A DNA stretch of 52,032 bases from positions 1 through 52,032 of the forward strand of contig JBBQPO010000008.1 in assembly GCA_038217285.1 (NCBI GenBank), read 5' to 3'. Shown piece after piece: positions 50,007 to 52,032 of the stretch (position 1 is its first letter; every line of letters begins with the position of its first letter). The position numbers and the translations under genes are program-made. Below the pieces are notes generated by a model. The model was not told where the DNA came from and made no database searches. It saw only the letters and a list, made by a program, of their open reading frames with translations. Source of the DNA: Chthonomonadales bacterium. GTDB taxonomy: Bacteria > Armatimonadota > Chthonomonadetes > Chthonomonadales > Chthonomonadaceae.

Positions 50007-50260
50007 GCTCCCTAACTTCCTTTCGTGTAGCCATTTCTTGCAGTCCCAACTCTCTCCAGACGATGTCTTTCGACTCGACTTCGGTTTCTCCACTCATACG
50101 CTTCATACGCTTCCGCCGTACCAGGTCTGACAGTTTCGACCGTATTTCGTGTGCAGTTATAAGCCAGCATCCCTCCGGTTCGCTCATTGAGTCCCTTTGT
50201 AAAATCTTGATCGAAGAGACCTCCATTATACCCGACATGGCTACATCGCTTTCGGGCAGC

Positions 50261-50455
50261 AGGCCGCCCCTAAAGGAGCGGCCTGAGATTCAAAGACCGC
50301 TGAAGCGGCCTGTCTGTGCGGATGGCATGACTGCATTGCCAGAGGAAAATTTGACCGTCTGTAGCCTTACCTGGTGAACCGCCGAGCAGTCTCTCGTCTA
50401 CACAGGGCCGTTTACGGTCCTTACGAAAGACAGACCGCTCCTTTAGGGGCGGGCT
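50261..50455. mobile_element. REPIN/MITE-like non-autonomous element bounded by inverted palindromic REP units
   Basis: aggccgcccctaaaggagcggcctg (50261-50285) matches the reverse complement of cagaccgctcctttaggggcgggct (50431-50455) at 23 of 25 positions. Inner hairpins lie at about 50295-50311 and 50406-50420. Confidence 0.7.
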
Positions 50456-50463
50456 CCCGGCTG

Positions 50464-51216
50464 TTAGCCCATTTGCGTAATGCGGCCCCCGGTGACGGGC
50501 AGATACGCCCCGGTGATGTAACTTGCCAGGTCGCTGAGGAAGAAGACACAGGCGTTCCCGATCTCGTCCGCGCTGCCGTGTCGGCGCAGCGGTAGGGTCT
50601 TCGCGAAGTTCTTCGAGCTGTCCGAGTTCGTGTCTACCTTCTCGTCCGCCATCCAGCCAGGGGCGACCATGTTGACCGTGATGTTCTCCGGCCCTAGTTC
50701 GCAGGCGAGCGACCGCGACATCCCGACCATCGCGCCCTTACCGGCCATGTAGACGGACCACTCCGAGGGGGCCATATCCCACAGTTCGGTGACGATATTG
50801 ACGATGCGCCCGCCGCCCTGGGCGACCATCACCGGGCGGGCGGCGTTGATCGTGTTCAGTACTGCAGTGCATCCGAAGGCGAAGGCGTTTTGATAGTCCG
50901 AGGGTGTCGCAACCTGGAGCGAACCGTTCTGACGGCCGCCGATGGCGTTGTTTACGACGCCATCGATACGCCCAAACTGCCCGACAACGGCCTCCATCAT
51001 GGCGGTAACCGCCTCGGCGTCCCGCACATCGGCCTGAAACGCCGCCGCCTTGCCGCCTGCCTCTTCGATCTCCGCGACGACAGCCTCCGCCTTTGCGGCG
51101 CTCTGGCCGTAGTTCACGGCGACCGTCGCGCCCTGGCGCCCTGCCACGCGGCAGATCGCCGCTCCCAGCCCGCGCCCGCCGCCGGTCACGAGTATCACAC
51201 GATCCTTCAATAACAT
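50464..51216 (-). CDS. Short-chain dehydrogenase/reductase (FabG-like)
   Basis: Motifs TGGGRGLG, VNNA, YMAGK (YxxxK), VAPGW and ITG. ATG at 51216. Confidence 0.92.
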   Translation of the reverse strand: MLLKDRVILVTGGGRGLGAAICRVAGRQGATVAVNYGQSAAKAEAVVAEIEEAGGKAAAFQADVRDAEAVTAMMEAVVGQFGRIDGVVNNAIGGRQNGSLQVATPSDYQNAFAFGCTAVLNTINAARPVMVAQGGGRIVNIVTELWDMAPSEWSVYMAGKGAMVGMSRSLACELGPENITVNMVAPGWMADEKVDTNSDSSKNFAKTLPLRRHGSADEIGNACVFFLSDLASYITGAYLPVTGGRITQMG

Positions 51217-51305
51217 CTCAGCCTCTCCTCTACGGGTATAATTCTGTTCAGAACCGATGGCGGTTCCCACCTATCCATTCCAACCATGACAAGGAGACAC
51301 GGCAC

Positions 51306-51827
51306 ATGCTCCCCGAAACGCAGTCTTACATGAATCTGCTTTGTGGACATCTTGAATATTTCACGCATCGCCTGCGTCAGTTGCCGCCGGAGGTGTGGGA
51401 CTGGACACCGGATGTCGCCGCCCCTACCCCGCGCACGCTCGCCGCGCATACCTGGCAGTGGCTCCAGTGCGACCGGCAGCATATCAGCGAACCCAACGCC
51501 TCAAAACACCACCGTATTCCGGACGCTCCTGCGGACCCGACAGAGATGTGTGACGCCATGGACGCTGAAAACGCGAAGTGGCGGGAGATGCTGACTGCGC
51601 TTACGGCGGAACAACTGGACGCAGTGCGATCTCAGTTCAACCAGCATGAGATGACCGTGCGCCAGTTCATCGGCCACATGATACAGAATACCATCTATAA
51701 GCACGGCCAGTTCGCCACGATCTTTTTCGCAAAGGGACTCGACGGCACGGCTCCCTATACCGCGCCGTTTCCGAACCCCATCTATGAGGAGATTTTCGGC
51801 CCATTCCCGGCGGACGGCACCCGATAA
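51306..51827 (+). CDS. DinB/YfiT-family protein
   Basis: Motifs WDWTP...TPRTLAAH and HMIQNTIYKHGQ. RBS is AAGGAG. Confidence 0.75.
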   Translation: MLPETQSYMNLLCGHLEYFTHRLRQLPPEVWDWTPDVAAPTPRTLAAHTWQWLQCDRQHISEPNASKHHRIPDAPADPTEMCDAMDAENAKWREMLTALTAEQLDAVRSQFNQHEMTVRQFIGHMIQNTIYKHGQFATIFFAKGLDGTAPYTAPFPNPIYEEIFGPFPADGTR

Positions 51828-51839
51828 CTTGAGGTGTGG

Positions 51840-52032
51840 TCAGGCGCGTTTAAACTGTTTATCCAGTTCGTGGAATGGCAGCATGACGACTATCGGACGA
51901 CCGTGAGGGCAGAGGTAGGGGTTCTCGGTGTCAGCCAACTGTTCCAGAAGCCCCTGCATCTCCTCGATGGTCAACGGGTCGCCCGCCTTTACGGCCATCT
52001 TGCAGGCGTTCGTGATCGTCACATGATCCTGC
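51840..52032 (-). CDS. mutL: DNA mismatch repair protein MutL, 3' end only
   Basis: ACKMAVKAGD and CPHGRP motifs of the MutL C-terminal endonuclease domain. Confidence 0.9.
   Translation of the reverse strand, partial: QDHVTITNACKMAVKAGDPLTIEEMQGLLEQLADTENPYLCPHGRPIVVMLPFHELDKQFKRA

Noticed and set aside
50007-50260. SAM, SAH or cobalamin riboswitch upstream of metH
   Set aside because: Only scattered fragments (ATCAAGA, GGAGGGA) resemble SAM-I. I could not build the P1-P4 core or find a B12 box. An Rfam scan would settle it.

Overview
A 52-kb, GC-rich bacterial chromosomal segment of mostly core genes. The gene content (three tandem PilT ATPases, a DUF1559/H-X-DG protein, several GT-C-like membrane proteins) suggests Armatimonadota; this is inference only. 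Genes from 1 to 14 kb are all on +: a GT-C protein, a CBS protein, a stand-alone homocysteine methyltransferase domain, a liv-type ABC transporter, gcvT-H-P and a single-domain response regulator. Genes from 14.4 to 33.7 kb are almost all on -: DUF151, rho, hpt, guaA, a probable 6S RNA, two GT-C proteins, a metallophosphoesterase, a kdsC-like phosphatase, an aminotransferase, fabI, pilT x3 and tRNA-Ala. The right part holds a BON lipoprotein, an epimerase, a PmoA-like protein, a TPR protein, dacB, a Zn-dehydrogenase, metH, an SDR, a DinB protein and the mutL 3' end. The best candidates for new biology are four. (1) An atypical ECF-like sigma factor followed by a protein fusing two ZAS zinc-finger anti-sigma domains to a full DAACS/SLC1 transporter with altered ion-coupling residues, possibly a transporter-as-sensor system. 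(2) A Liv ABC importer in which LivH and the ATPase half of a LivM-LivG fusion each carry an inserted two-helix membrane hairpin. (3) A palindrome-dense intergenic patchwork at about 14.0-14.4 kb with a dif-like site at the point of gene convergence, echoed at about 25 kb by the same 13-mer and a spacerless 44-bp palindrome. (4) An unannotated 6S-like RNA. No CRISPR array, integrase, transposase or prophage was seen. All calls come from reading the sequence; no searches were run.
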